Shown in pieces: positions 11,004 through 22,948 of a DNA stretch of 64,000 bases (position 1 is its first letter; each line of letters begins with the position of its first letter). Source of the stretch: Rebecca billardiae RCC1528. Lineage: Eukaryota > Protista > Haptophyta. Below the pieces are notes generated by a model that saw only the letters and a list, made by a program, of their open reading frames with translations, did no database searches and had not been told where the DNA came from. The translations under genes were made by a program, and so were the position numbers. The stretch covers positions 2,046,001-2,110,000 of the forward strand of contig OZ251235.1 of the NCBI GenBank assembly GCA_965240325.2. Direction: 5' to 3'.

Positions 11004-11639
11004 TCACCGATGCCGCGCGCCCGTCGGGCTGAGCGGCTGCTCGCTGTAGATTGACCGCGACTGAGAGACGTGCAGCCTCATCAGCCGCACGCTGCCGACG
11101 CGGCCGCCGCGCTCGGCGAGGGCGATGGCACTGAAGCCATGCCCGTCGGTGAGCGTGGGGTCAGCCCCCGCGTCGAGCAGTATCTTCACGCACGTGCCGT
11201 GCCCGTGCGTCGCGACGAGATGAAGCGCGGTTTGGCCGGCATTGTCGAGCGCGTGCACGTCCGCGCCAGCGTCGAGCAGTATGCGAATGCAGCCGTTCTG
11301 CCCTTCCGTGGCCGCGTAGTGCAGGGCGGTGCGCCCCTGGCTCGTGCGCGCATCGAGACACCCCTTCCCACTGCTCTCGATCCACGCCTGCAGCGCGCGC
11401 GTGTCGCCGCCCGCAGCCGCGTGCGCGATGCCGGACGGCAGCCTCCCCGGGTTCTTTCTCGCCTCCTCGTAGTCCTGAAAGATGAAGGGCGTGCGCCGCC
11501 GCCGCCGCCGGCCCGAGCACAGGCGCGAGCACACGAACAGGCACGCGGTGATGGCCACACCCAGCGCGAGGTGCGCCCACGGGTTCACGCCTCGCCGCGC
11601 GAACTGGACCGGCGCAACGCCGCCTTGCCTCGACGACAT
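11004..11639 (-). CDS. Ankyrin-repeat protein with N-terminal membrane anchor
   Basis: GRTALHYAATEGQNGCIRILLDAGADVH and GQTALHLVATHGHGTCVKILLDAGAD; hydrophobic LALGVAITACLFV. Confidence 0.85.
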   Translation of the reverse strand: MSSRQGGVAPVQFARRGVNPWAHLALGVAITACLFVCSRLCSGRRRRRRTPFIFQDYEEARKNPGRLPSGIAHAAAGGDTRALQAWIESSGKGCLDARTSQGRTALHYAATEGQNGCIRILLDAGADVHALDNAGQTALHLVATHGHGTCVKILLDAGADPTLTDGHGFSAIALAERGGRVGSVRLMRLHVSQSRSIYSEQPLSPTGARHR

Positions 11640-12045
11640 CGCTCGTCGCTGGGACAGGCTGCTGAGTTGACCCTTGACCGATCGGCAGCAAGCGCGCGGG
11701 CCCAGTCTGAAATCCAGCCGGGCAGACCACCCTTGCCGGCATGCTGAATCTCGCGAGCGGTTCTCGTCAACTGAGTCCCTGCGGCGGCGGGCCCGCGCGA
11801 AGTCTCGTTCCGCTCACGACTTTCGTCGCCTAGGTGAGATGGCGCCGCCGGCGCGCCCGCCGGCGGACACCACGCTGCATGCACGCCGCCGCCGTGCTGC
11901 GGCTCGATCCCGTGCGTTGACTCTGACAGAAACTCGCCCCACCCCGCCTGGCCCGCCGCCTGCAGGCACGCCGCACACGTGCCCGGCGCGAGCGCGCACG
12001 AGTGCACTTTGGCCCTAGCGGCACCCTCCTGATTCCTGCGGCACG

Positions 12046-14271
12046 ATGAGCGACATCCAGACGCAGACGTCGTCGAATCGGTTCTTCTACGTCATTTCCA
12101 ACTTTGTGGTGCGCCTGCCCGCCGCGCCGCCCCGTGCTCCCGCCCGCCAGTTGTCGTGCGATGCTCGGCCACCCACGCGTGCCGTGACTGTGTGCACGCC
12201 CGCGCTGCCCGCGCTGCGGACTGGACGCAGGGCCGCACGGTGACGCTGCAGCACAAGGACGGGGGCGAGTACGAGGGCGTGGTCCACGCCTTCGCCATCC
12301 CGCAAGGCATCGAGCTGCTCCTCGTCTCGCGCAAGGGCCGGCTCGACGAGCGCGCCAAGAAGCCGGAGAAGCGCGTTCTCTTTGCGATCGCCGACATTGT
12401 GCGCATTGACTGTAAGTACAACATGATGGAGGACGTGCACGGCACGCGCACTCACGGTGCGGCGCGGCTGAGCGCGCACGCGCACTCTCACACGCCGCGC
12501 CTCCCGCGCGCCGCGCCGGCCGTGTCGGCCAGCGCGCCGCGCCCGCGCCCGCGCCGCGCGCTCTCGCGCGCGTCCGCGCCCGCCAACGCGCCACGCCGCG
12601 CCCCGCCCTGCCGCCCGCGCGCGCACGCAGTGCTCAACGAGGTGCGCGCGGACACGGAGATCTCGTCGGGCACGCGCGGGGAGGAGCGCCCGCTGCAGGC
12701 GTGGGTGCAATCGGACGACGGCACGCCAGGATCTGCCGCACCGCCCGCCGTGCCCCTAGAGTGCGCGCACGCGCGCGCACCGCTTGCCGTGGAGCTGGGG
12801 CGGCGGCGCGAGCGCGCGCGAGGCGCGCCGACCCTCACACGGCGCCACGCACGCGCGCCTCCGCGCCGCGGCGCTCCGCAGCGACTGGGACGACGTGAAC
12901 CGCAAGAAGCAGTTCGCCGGCTGGGACCAGTTCACCGTGAACGAGCAGCAGTTTGGCGTCAAGTCGACATATGACGAAACGCTGTACACGACCGTTCTGG
13001 ACAAGGGCAAGGTGAGCCGCGAGCAGGAGGCGGTGGCGAACAAGCTCGCGGCGGAGATCGAGGGGACGGCGGCGACGCACGCGCACATCGCGGAGGAGCG
13101 CGGGCAGGAGATCGAGGGCAACGACAAGTACGACGAGGAGGCGCGCTACTCGACCGTGCTGCGCGCGGGTGAGGAAGGGATACAGGCGGTCGGCGCGGGG
13201 GCGGGCGGCGGCGGGCAGGGCGGTGGCGGCGCACAGGGCGCGGATGGCAGGAGCGGCGAGGCGAGAGCAGACGCGAGCGCGAGCAGCGGCGCGCCCGCCG
13301 CCGAGCCCGCCAAGTCCAAGCTCAACCCGAACGCCAAGTCTTTCGTCTTCAACCCGAAGGCGAAGGCGTTCGTGCCTGGCGGGAGCGGCTCTGGCGGCGC
13401 GCGGCCAGCCATGCCGGCTGTCGCGGGGCAGTATGGCTGCGCGGGCTTCCCGGCGAACGCGGTGCGTGCGCGCGGCGCAGGGCCCCGCCGCGCGCCGAGG
13501 AGATACGCCGTCGTGCACGACCGCCGGCCGGCATGCCCGGGGCGTTCTTTACCCCGCGCCCTCCGCGGCTGCGGCCGCGGCCGCGGTTGCGCTTCTGCGG
13601 TCGGTGCTCACACGAGCGGCACCTGTGCACGCGCGCTCCTCCCCTGCGCTGTCGTTCGCAGGGCATGATGTACCCGGGTGCGGCGGCGGGCATGGGCGCG
13701 GCCCCGGGGGGGATGCCGGTGAGCCCCGGCCCGTACCAGCAGATGATGCGGCCCGGTGCGCGCCCGCTGCGCGCGCCCGCACTGCGCGCACGAGCAGCGC
13801 GCTCGCGCCGCGTGCTCGCACCGCGCCGTATCCCGCCGCCCGCGCGCCTGCCTGCCTCTTGTGCGCATCTCAAGCAGCACCCGGCATGCTCCCTCCTCCC
13901 TCGCTCACTCTCTCGCCCGCGCAGGCAACCCGCAGTACATGCTGGGGGGCGCACAGGGGTTCCCGTCCGGCTCGCCGCCGCAGATGCCGATGGGGAGCAT
14001 GGGCGGCGGCATGGTGAGAGCACCGCCAAACTACCCGATGCCGCCGACACCGCCGGGGCAGGGCATGTTCCCGCCCGGCGCTGCGCAGATGGCGGCCATG
14101 CGCGGCATGCAGGCGGGCTCGTTCGCGCCCTACTCGATGATGGGTGGCCAGCCGCAGGGGATGACCGTGCCGAGCCCCGGAGCGCCCGGGCGCTTCCAGG
14201 GAGCGCCGCCGAGCGGCTTTGGCGGGCCGCAGCCTCCCCGCCAGGCGACGTACCAGCCGCGGATGGGCTAG
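12046..14271 (+). CDS. ATXN2: Ataxin-2/Pbp1 homolog (LSm, LsmAD, PAM2), 6 exons
   Basis: LSm exon GRTVTLQHKDGGEYEGVV; LsmAD WDQFTVNEQQFGVKSTYDETLYTT; PAM2 SKLNPNAKSF..FNPKAKAFVP. Approximate introns 12109-12230, 12457-12630, 12761-12881, 13462-13661, 13756-13924. Confidence 0.9.
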
Positions 14272-14617
14272 CGGTGGCGCCTGCTCACTCGTATCAGTTC
14301 GCACAACACTCAGCAGCTCGCTCACAGCGCCGTCGCCGGTGGCGTGGAGGGACTGGCGTTGGACGGGCAGTTGCCAGTTGGTGTCCCGTGTTGGAAGTTG
14401 GCGCGGGAGTCGGCCGTTCCGCGCCGCGGCTCTCGGCCTCCGTGACCAGTCTGGCGTCTGGCTTGTGGCTGCCCGCGCTCGTCGACGTCATGGGCGGCTG
14501 CCTGGGCCTGGGCCGCGCTGGCGGGCTGGCAGACTCACGACTTGTGTCCGAAGGCGTATTGCCGTGGATGTGACATCATCATCCGTGATAATGTAAGACG
14601 ACGACCGTCACTAGACT

Positions 14618-16333
14618 TAGGGGGGCCAAACCGCTCATTTAAAAAGAAAATCAAAGCCGCGGCGCATTTTCGCTCCTCCTTCGGCCTTTTAGGGTGGCGC
14701 GGAGCCTTTTTCTCGGACCCCGCTCGAAAACCGAGCTCCGACGCGTTCGGGCGCTCAGAGCTCGGTTCCGCTCGAGCACGAGCGGCCGGAGGCAGTGGAC
14801 CGCCGCGCGCTCGCGACCTCTGAGACGCCGATATGGTCTCGGGTGCGCGCGCGCGTGACGCTGGTGGGCGCTACTGGCCCGTGCCTTTGCGCCACCAGCG
14901 GCTCACCACCCGCTTCTTGGCCACCTCGCGCCGTGCGCGGCGCGCGTCGGCCGGCTTGAATTGGTGCGCTGCGTACGCCCGCTACGCTACCGCACGGTGT
15001 GGCGCATGATCAACTCGGACCAATGAGATCGATGCTCGGACCAATCGTCCATGTATGTCTGTGAATGCCAAGCTCGCCTAACCTGCCCTACTGCGCCGGA
15101 ATCGCCGTCAGCAGACCGGCGCGAGCTCGCGCACAACACCTCCGCGGAGCTCGCAACTGTCATGTTCCGCTTGTAGGGCCCGTGTTTGCACCTGCCGTGG
15201 CACTTGCGATGGTCAGTACGTTGGGTATGGGTCACGTGTGCCCGCTGATGGCGTCGGGGCGCCTCCCATTCGCCTCTCAGGACGTCGCGGACGTGCTCGC
15301 AGGCAGCGGTTGGCTCATTCGACAGGTCCGACGTGCACTCGACCGTGCCTGCAAGCGCGCCCCTGTGACGCTCATGCCTGCAGAAGCAGATGCAGATGGG
15401 CCCCCATGCACCCTGGTGCGCCCAAGACCGGCGGGAGCGTCAGAGACCTTCTCAATCTTGACACCTTGCACACGCCGGCGCTTGCCGTTGGGCTCTGCGC
15501 AGCCAGCCAGGAGCGCCGAACAGCGCCGGATCAGCCTCTGTAGGCCGAATATCCGCCCCAAAGCCCAGAAATAGCGCGGAACAGGGTAGGGCATACCTAT
15601 ATGGACCGATCCCATCCAGCCTGGTTTGGTGCAGAGACGCCAGCCACCGCCTGGAGCAGGCGTTTGCTGCCGAATCGCATGCTCGGCACTGTGCCGCACT
15701 GCGACGACGACAGATTTGACCTGCCTCGTAGGTCTCGGCCAGGGAGCGGTGACGGTTGGCTCGAGTGACTTTAAACCTTGACTATGACCGAGAGCACTCC
15801 CGGGCTGAGGACGTGGGGCCGGTGCTTTGGGTCTACTATGTCTGCAATACGCCGTACGCGTGGCCGTATACACAGTCTGAAAACGTATCTCGCAGCTCGA
15901 GATCAGACGAGACTGTATTCATCAGCATGGCGCCTATATACACGGTGGGTATGTAACGACCAGTGGCTTCCAGGAAACTACATATTTGACAGCCTGCCAG
16001 TACACCGCCTATATCGCATGTTGGGACCTGCTGCTGCTGGGGACTCAGAACGATCTCGCCGAGATGCTCTATCAAACTGAGGTCGACATGGTCTATATGT
16101 CACATATAGGACGGCCGTTACATGCCGTTTCCAATAAGTTCAGGCTCATTCTAATAGGTAAATATGGTAGCCGTTACGCCCTATAATCAGGGTATGTGCA
16201 CCTGATTTTTTTACATGGCCGGCCCAGACCCCTCCAGAGGGCAAATGATCCAGCCCGAAATCAGCTCTAAACACTCGCTAGGACCCGCGCTCGTGGCCGT
16301 CAGTAACGCTACAGTGCCACTTTGGCCCCCCTA
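14618..16333. mobile_element. Non-autonomous hAT-like element
   Basis: Perfect 13-bp TIR TAGGGGGGCCAAA...TTTGGCCCCCCTA; no intact ORF. Only GACT is directly repeated at the flanks, so there is no clean 8-bp TSD. Confidence 0.6.
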
Positions 16334-17763
16334 GACTCACTAGTCACGACGTGACCCATTAGGGTCCCCTCTCAGGATAGTTCGGCCAGCAGTAGTGGAT
16401 ACTCGATCTCATTATAGCTGCTACTTGCTAGCCTGCTAAGCGCCGTGTGTCTCGACCAACTACTGCAGCAGGCGGGGATGCTGCATGTCTAAGTCTTGCG
16501 TGTGCCACAATAATTCACAAATCTGCTCGATCGTGCCGCGTGCTCTCATATGCACATGCACTGGTTCTCCTTGGCGGCTGCACGGCACCATATTCAAAGT
16601 GCACACCGGCCTTCAGTCAGACGCTGCAGGGCAGCTCATGTAGCCGCATGTAGTGCAGTCACGGTGCGGAGCTCGGGTCCGCTGCTGCCAGCGGCCCACT
16701 ACCTGCTGATGGGGTGTGCCCTGGCGGCTGGCGCACAGGCCACAGCACACAAGGCTCCGCCGAAAATAATGAGCGGCGCGCGCGCAGTTGTGCTACCGTT
16801 ACAACTGCCGTGTACAAGATGGGACCCAGTAAAAGAGGCGTGGGAGCCAGCCGAGAGCCCGTGTCGGCCACACCGTCACGCCCGAGCTGCCGGTGTCGCG
16901 TGCTGCCCTGAAGACAGAAGAGGCCTCCCATTGTCGGCTGAACCGCTGAAGTCATTAGATGGGATTGATGGGTGGGGGCCAACTCCACCGAATCGGTGGA
17001 CTGACTGGGGTGACTGCACTGCATGCGGCTACAAGCTGCCCTGCGCCTGACTGTAGTCGTGCACTTTGAATGGTGCCGTGGAGCTCGGGTCCACTTCCCT
17101 GTGCGTGCCACTGTGGTTTCTGTTCAGGCGGTGTCGCAGAGCGATCCTACCGCAGGCTACTCTTAGGTCGAGGCCCTGCGCAAACTAAGGCGGCGCGGCG
17201 GCGGCCGACCAGCAGCGCCAGCTACTTGCAGCAGTAAATTGTCAGTACGTAGTCTTGAGCAGCAGTAGAGTGGAGCCTAGCTAGCATCATACGGCGCTCG
17301 AGCCGCGCCAGCAGCTTCATCGTTCACGGTAGCGTGTGCTCACATGCTACGACTGCCGGCCCGCCCTGCCGCCAGAGGTAGCACGCACTTGTGCAGGCCG
17401 TCGGCTGAGCCAGGTGCTCCCGAGGCTGCGGTTGGCCGGCCGGGCGCCAGCGGCGCAAGCGTGCACAGCGGCCGCGAGTAGGCGAGAGAGAGCTGGCTGG
17501 CGGAGGCGACGTTAAGCGCCGGCCGAGTCGGCACTAGCCAGTGACGAGGCGTGCAGCGCGCGGCGGCGGCGCGCGTGCCAAACATCAATAAGAAGCTGCC
17601 GGCAGGGACCACGCCAGCCCGCTCGGCATGCGCGCCGTAGCGGCCGCATCACGAGCCCCTGGTGGGGTCCACCTCCGCGCTCCACTGCGGGACCGGAGCG
17701 GCGGTCACTTTTATTGATGCTCTCCGCGCTTGGCACCTATAGCTGGGCGCATCCTGCAGCCAC

Positions 17764-17765
<2 letters not shown>

Positions 17766-17794
<29 letters not shown>

Positions 17795-17826
17795 TGATAT
17801 TGATATTGATATTGATATTGATATTG
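17766..17826. repeat. (AT)n + (ATATTG)n microsatellite
   Basis: Direct reading. Confidence 0.9.
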
Positions 17827-18189
17827 GGCCCGGGGCCGGGTGTGAGACTGTGACTCGGTCGTCAAGCCGCATGCGGACTCAACTGACAACTGTGTCTGTG
17901 ATGAATAAACTGAGCCAGGCGCCGGCGGCTCGGCGGCTGCCAGCAGCGGCCAGTCGCCAGCTAGCAGCCACGGTCAGCCCAGGCCGCGCGGCCGGTCACG
18001 GTGGGCCCACCGAGGGCCCACCGGCCAGTCCGGTTGGGCGGTGGCTGGCTGGTCACGGTGGGCTGGTCAGGTGGCGCAGCGGCAGCAGCACAGCTCGGCA
18101 CCGCAGCTCGGTCCGATCAGGTGTCACAGGTGAGGGCGGGCGTCCATGACGACAGAAGGGCGCAGTAGACTAGCGCCGGACGATCCGCC

Positions 18190-18672
18190 TCAGTGCGCTT
18201 CACGCACGGCCATCGGCACGAGACTTGATGCACCACCACCCCGCAGGATGTCGCCCAGGTGCAGCGTTCTGGCGAATGCCTCCTGGGCATCGCGCCCACC
18301 TAGCGGCGCGCTGTGCACAACGATCAGGAATGAGTGCGAGAGGTGCTGGACCATGAGTGTGCTTCTGGCGATGCTCTCCAGCGGCAACGCTTTCCGAGCT
18401 CCCGACACGCCCATGACGAAATCGACCTCGCGGCGGACGATGGTGTAGTGCCGATCGTTGAAGCCGACCGCGGCAGGCGCGTCTTCCTGAAAGCACGCGG
18501 GCAACGCGCGCCACGACTCTGGCCGGAGGCGCTGGAGCGACCCATGCGCGGCGATGCATTCACCATCGGGGGCGATCAGCGCGGCCCCATTGATGAGATC
18601 TCCACCGCGACCGCGGAGGTCCAAGTGAACCTCGATCAGCTCAGCCCACGGAGCATGCGGCGCAGTTGCCAT
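18190..18672 (-). CDS. Divergent profilin-like protein
   Basis: W..LI...L, GAALIAPDG, GFNDRHYTIVR and C-terminal LGDILRGGG follow the profilin pattern and length. Confidence 0.65.
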   Translation of the reverse strand: MATAPHAPWAELIEVHLDLRGRGGDLINGAALIAPDGECIAAHGSLQRLRPESWRALPACFQEDAPAAVGFNDRHYTIVRREVDFVMGVSGARKALPLESIARSTLMVQHLSHSFLIVVHSAPLGGRDAQEAFARTLHLGDILRGGGASSLVPMAVREAH

Positions 18673-18810
18673 CGTGAGTTCGACCAGGGGGTCAGAAGTA
18701 GCCAGCGCCCGCCCTTTTACCTGTGCCAACGGCCGCGTCGCCACCCCACCGGAAGCGGCTGCTGGCGCGGTGGCGCCTGGCGGCTGTTTCCCGGGAACAA
18801 GTTACTTGGT

Positions 18811-19372
18811 CCGCCAGCAGCCCTCCCGCCCCGCCCTATCAATTCTGCTTGCACCCACCGCTGGCGGCGCTCGTGGCGAGGCCCGCTGGCGGCCCCGCTC
18901 GCGCCTGGCGACAAATACGTACTCGCCCGTAGCTATGGCGCTTGCAGAAGGGCCGCCAGCAGCTCTTCCGCCCCGCAAAATCAATATGCCTTGCACCCGC
19001 CGCTGGCGGCGCTCGTGGCGAGGCCCCGCTGGCAGCCCCGCTCGGGCCTGGCGACAAATACGTACTCGCCCGTAGCTATGCCGCTTGCACGGAAAGGCCG
19101 CCAGCAGCCCTTCCGCCCCGCAAAATCAATGACAATATGCTTTCACCCGCCGCTGGCGGCGCTCGTGGGCGAGGCCCCGGTTGGCGGCCCGCTCGCGCCT
19201 CCAGGGCGACAAAGACATACCGTCTCGCCCGTAGCTACTATCTATGCCGCTTGCAGAAGGGCCGCCAGCGGCCCTGCTTCCGCCCCGCAAAATCAACTAT
19301 GCTCGCACCCGCCGCTGGCGGCGCTCGTGGCGAGGCCCGCTGGCGGCCCCGCTCGCGCCTGGCGACAATATG
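18811..19372. repeat. Tandem repeat, ~142-bp unit, ~4 copies
   Basis: CCGCCAGC unit starts at 18811, 18953, 19098 and 19262. Confidence 0.9.
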
Positions 19373-19567
19373 CAGGCTATGGTCCGGTAGAGGGCGATGG
19401 AGCTGATGAGCGGCACTGGCGCCTGGCGTCCGTGTCACCGTCCTCTTTACTCTACTTATAGTATAGTAGTTAGACAATCACCAGTTATTGTACCAATAAC
19501 CCCACATATAGCTACTAGGCAGCACTGCCTCGGAGCAATGCCTCCAATGCTATTCTTATAGCATTGC

Positions 19568-19569
<2 letters not shown>

Positions 19570-19648
<79 letters not shown>
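19570..19648. repeat. (AT)n microsatellite
   Basis: Direct reading. Confidence 0.95.
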
Positions 19649-19652
<4 letters not shown>

Positions 19653-19683
19653 CTATGCTGCAGGCGGCGTGGAGCAGTTGGCA

Positions 19684-20943
19684 TCAGTCTGAGAGTGAGT
19701 GGGCCAAGGGCAGCCTCTCTAGAGCTTCCTGGTCAAATGCGCAGTGGAAGGGCTGTCCCTTTGCGAGTGCGAAGATGTCCTGGCCATTGGTGCACAGGGT
19801 GGCAATCAGGCACACCTCGAGCATGAAGACAATCCTCCCCGAGTACAGTTGAGACTCTGTGTACCGCGACTCCGACACATCAGTGAGGAGCATGCGAGTC
19901 GAAAGCTTGGCTGGCGGTGTCGCAAAGACGATGCCTGCACCTCTAGTCTGGCCTGGCAGCGCGTTGAGCAGAGCACAGCACGTCCACTCGAGGTTGTGGC
20001 AGACTGTGTACGGCGGCAGCGAGCCCATCAACCAAAGGATAGCAAGGCCTGCTCGTTGGCATGCCACTGAGGCACGGATATGGCAATGAGTGGGCATCTC
20101 CGGGTTCAGCTGGCGATTGCAGTATTCTCGGTTGTGCAGGTCAAATCCCAAGAGCGCACGTACAGGCTGCTGGGCAGCGTGCTTATGCCCAGCAGCAGCT
20201 GTGTCAGGGTAGAGCGGCAGTTGCTCAGCATGCTCACACCCCGGACTCCCTTGGTTCCAGTTGCGCGCGCACACGTCGCCGCGTGCCATCGCTGCTCGCC
20301 ACGCGGGCAAACGCGCGCGCGCCGGAAGGCAGTTGCGCCTCGTAGTCCGCACAAAGCCGACTGAGCCCCACATGTGCCAGAAGGTGTGATGCCTGTCTGC
20401 AATGAACGCCTGGCATACTGGGCGAGAGAAGTTCACGTCCACGCCAAAACGGCTGGCAGCCAGGCGCGCCTTGCGGAGCCGCGTCCGGTCGAATGGCTTG
20501 TGAACGCTGCGGTTGACAACCTCGTTCTCCCATGGATTCGCCGGCGCCGACCCACCGCTTGGCTCAAAGGATAGCGCGCCTTCCCACCCTGGGATCTGCG
20601 GCCGAGCGCATGACATGTTTATATCGAGAGCTTGACGACCACTGGAACCGCAATGCGGGAGCGGCGGAAATTGGGCTGTCGTCGCACCGTCGGGTCCACC
20701 CCAAAGCCATCTCCACCAGCCCGATGCTGCCGAGGACTGCAAGCTGTGCCCGGGAGGGCTCGGCCGCAGCTCGCGGGCGCCGAGTCGTTTTGAGCTCCGC
20801 GCCGGCTGCTCATCTGCTGCGGGGGCATCCGCTAGAGGATGAGATGAGTGCTGGCACGCGTGCTGGCACTCGTCGCCGAGGCTGACGCACACATGGTTGG
20901 TCGCCACCAGCAGCATGACTGCGCTCGTCGCGCCGGCACGCAT
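19684..20943 (-). CDS. Hypothetical secreted Cys/Trp-rich protein
   Basis: ~419-aa ORF with signal-like N-terminus and protein-like composition; no family recognised. Confidence 0.6.
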   Translation of the reverse strand: MRAGATSAVMLLVATNHVCVSLGDECQHACQHSSHPLADAPAADEQPARSSKRLGARELRPSPPGHSLQSSAASGWWRWLWGGPDGATTAQFPPLPHCGSSGRQALDINMSCARPQIPGWEGALSFEPSGGSAPANPWENEVVNRSVHKPFDRTRLRKARLAASRFGVDVNFSRPVCQAFIADRHHTFWHMWGSVGFVRTTRRNCLPARARLPAWRAAMARGDVCARNWNQGSPGCEHAEQLPLYPDTAAAGHKHAAQQPVRALLGFDLHNREYCNRQLNPEMPTHCHIRASVACQRAGLAILWLMGSLPPYTVCHNLEWTCCALLNALPGQTRGAGIVFATPPAKLSTRMLLTDVSESRYTESQLYSGRIVFMLEVCLIATLCTNGQDIFALAKGQPFHCAFDQEALERLPLAHSLSD

Positions 20944-21286
20944 GCTGACGACGAGTGCCACGGCTCTCGAGGGCCGTCGCCAGGATTCAGCAGCGGAAGG
21001 TACTGTACATCAGAATGATGAGCTGATCGTATTACAGTACCCCCATACGCCCGCGCCGCGCCCGCAGGACGTATTGCAGTACTGGCAGCCACATCTGAGG
21101 CTGCAGCCAAGTTCGTATTATTTTGGACCAGAGCAAATAAACTTTACTCAGCAGTCCGGCTGGAGGCTTCGGCCGCCAGCCTGATCACCCGGAGCCCGTT
21201 ATAAAGGGGAATTTTAAAAAAAAAAGTCCATCAGTAGACTGTATCATACTGGTACGGGTAGCCGGCCGCACCAAGCCCGCGTCACG

Positions 21287-22948
21287 ATGGGCATGGCGTA
21301 CGCAAGGGCGACAGCCGCAGCGGTCCTGCTCGGATGGCTCACCGTCCATCGCCCTTGCGACGCTGCCGGCGCGATGGACGGCGCGACAGGGGCAGAGTGC
21401 GCGAGGCGCCTCGCCGCTGCGTCGGAGGCAGCAGCCAGCACCATCGAGCAGCGCCTGGCGACGACAGGCATCGTTTCACACGCCATCGAAACGTGCGGCA
21501 AGCTCACGCCTGATCCAGCTCCTGACCCCATCCGAAGCAACGAGTGCCTGAACGCCCAGCTACACTCGCCCTCGGCCAACCGCTCGGTGAGCTACCTGCA
21601 CATTGACCTGCCGCAGTGTGCGTACATCCAGGCGGCTGTTGGTGTTGGGCTCGTGATAGACGCAGATGCAGTCGTCAAAGGCCCTGCCTGGCCGCATGAC
21701 GTGTGGGCCCTGCCCCGGACCCATCGCCGTTGCCTCGCCGGACGAGGCCCGCCCTGCATTCCGCCGCTTGTGCCGTGCCAAGCCAGCACAATGGGCCCAG
21801 GCACATACGCGCGACTGCGCTACGAGCGCTTGACGATGCAATTTTTCGAGGAGGTGAACAAACTGTGCCCACCTGAGGACTACTCACGGCTGGCAAGCTT
21901 CTCGAGGGCGCTTGGAACTCAAGGAAAAGATGCCAACCTTAGCGACGTGAGAAGCAGCACTCGTCCGCACACCACCCCTGTCGGCAGCATCTCCACTGCC
22001 TGCTGGAACCCAAAGAGTCCATGTGAGGAGAGCCTCACAAGTGCTGTTTATGAGAGGTTTGCTCATGCCCTGGACACTTCGTGCTACCACCTGGACTGGG
22101 CTCAGGCTGTGCGGTACAGCAGGGCTTTCTATGAGCACCTGCGCGCACGCGGCGCGCACTGCACAATGCACCCCTTGCAGAACCACAACGAGTGCCTCTC
22201 CAGGTGGTCAGCACTGGACATTCTGGCAGTATACTACACCCCAAACCTGGTGCAGTGGGCATGCTCAGGCTATGCTGCCACAAACACAAGCTGTAAGGCA
22301 GCATTGGGTGTGGAGCAGAGCCTTCTGCAGCGTGCGCTGCACGTGGCCCATCGAGTTAAGCAGCTGCGTGTCGCAGAGCGCAAGAGATCTATGCTCAGCA
22401 GGAAAGGCAAGGCACCTGGTAAGCAACCTATTGGTGGTCATCTGAATGGTGTACCTGTGGTCCAGGGCTGGCCTAAATCCGAGTGCCTGGACATGTCCGC
22501 CTACCTTGCACGCACATCAGCTGGCCCAAGGACACAAGCGGGGCAAAGGGAAGAATCTCAAGGCTCTACTGGAGCACCCAGCATCACTGCTGTGCAGAGC
22601 TTTGTTACTGGCTGGTGGGAGCAGCCCTGGCATCCCTCAAAGCCATCGTCACTTCACCAGAAACCGCTTGGTGGTGCTAATGATGCTCGTCGTCATGACG
22701 ATGTGCTGGGCAAAATATCGAGCAATATGGCACATACAGCACGACTTGATGGTGCGCTCCGTCAGCACGTACTTCTACATCAGCGCAGTCATCCAGCCAG
22801 CATGGTATCGTCGTCCTTGACGACAATGTTCACCCCAGTGCCGATTGCAGAGCTTGCTGCTGCACTTGACGATGCAACTTGCCAGCCTCACAGCTTCCCA
22901 CCTGCTCAGCAGCCGACCACTGCTGGGAATATACGACGAGTTAAGTGA
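21287..22948 (+). CDS. Hypothetical secreted protein
   Basis: 553-aa ORF in lower-GC sequence, signal-like N-terminus, Cys-rich; no family recognised. Confidence 0.65.
   Translation: MGMAYARATAAAVLLGWLTVHRPCDAAGAMDGATGAECARRLAAASEAAASTIEQRLATTGIVSHAIETCGKLTPDPAPDPIRSNECLNAQLHSPSANRSVSYLHIDLPQCAYIQAAVGVGLVIDADAVVKGPAWPHDVWALPRTHRRCLAGRGPPCIPPLVPCQASTMGPGTYARLRYERLTMQFFEEVNKLCPPEDYSRLASFSRALGTQGKDANLSDVRSSTRPHTTPVGSISTACWNPKSPCEESLTSAVYERFAHALDTSCYHLDWAQAVRYSRAFYEHLRARGAHCTMHPLQNHNECLSRWSALDILAVYYTPNLVQWACSGYAATNTSCKAALGVEQSLLQRALHVAHRVKQLRVAERKRSMLSRKGKAPGKQPIGGHLNGVPVVQGWPKSECLDMSAYLARTSAGPRTQAGQREESQGSTGAPSITAVQSFVTGWWEQPWHPSKPSSLHQKPLGGANDARRHDDVLGKISSNMAHTARLDGALRQHVLLHQRSHPASMVSSSLTTMFTPVPIAELAAALDDATCQPHSFPPAQQPTTAGNIRRVK

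Noticed and set aside
12442-12630. GC-AG intron in ATXN2
   Set aside because: An in-phase canonical GT donor at 12457 explains the junction equally well.
16550-17050. Small Cys/Trp-containing ORF
   Set aside because: No recognisable family or clear codon bias; cannot be supported without expression data.
18811-19372. Possible CRISPR-like array
   Set aside because: Whole units are repeated with no unique spacers, the context is eukaryotic, and no cas genes are present.
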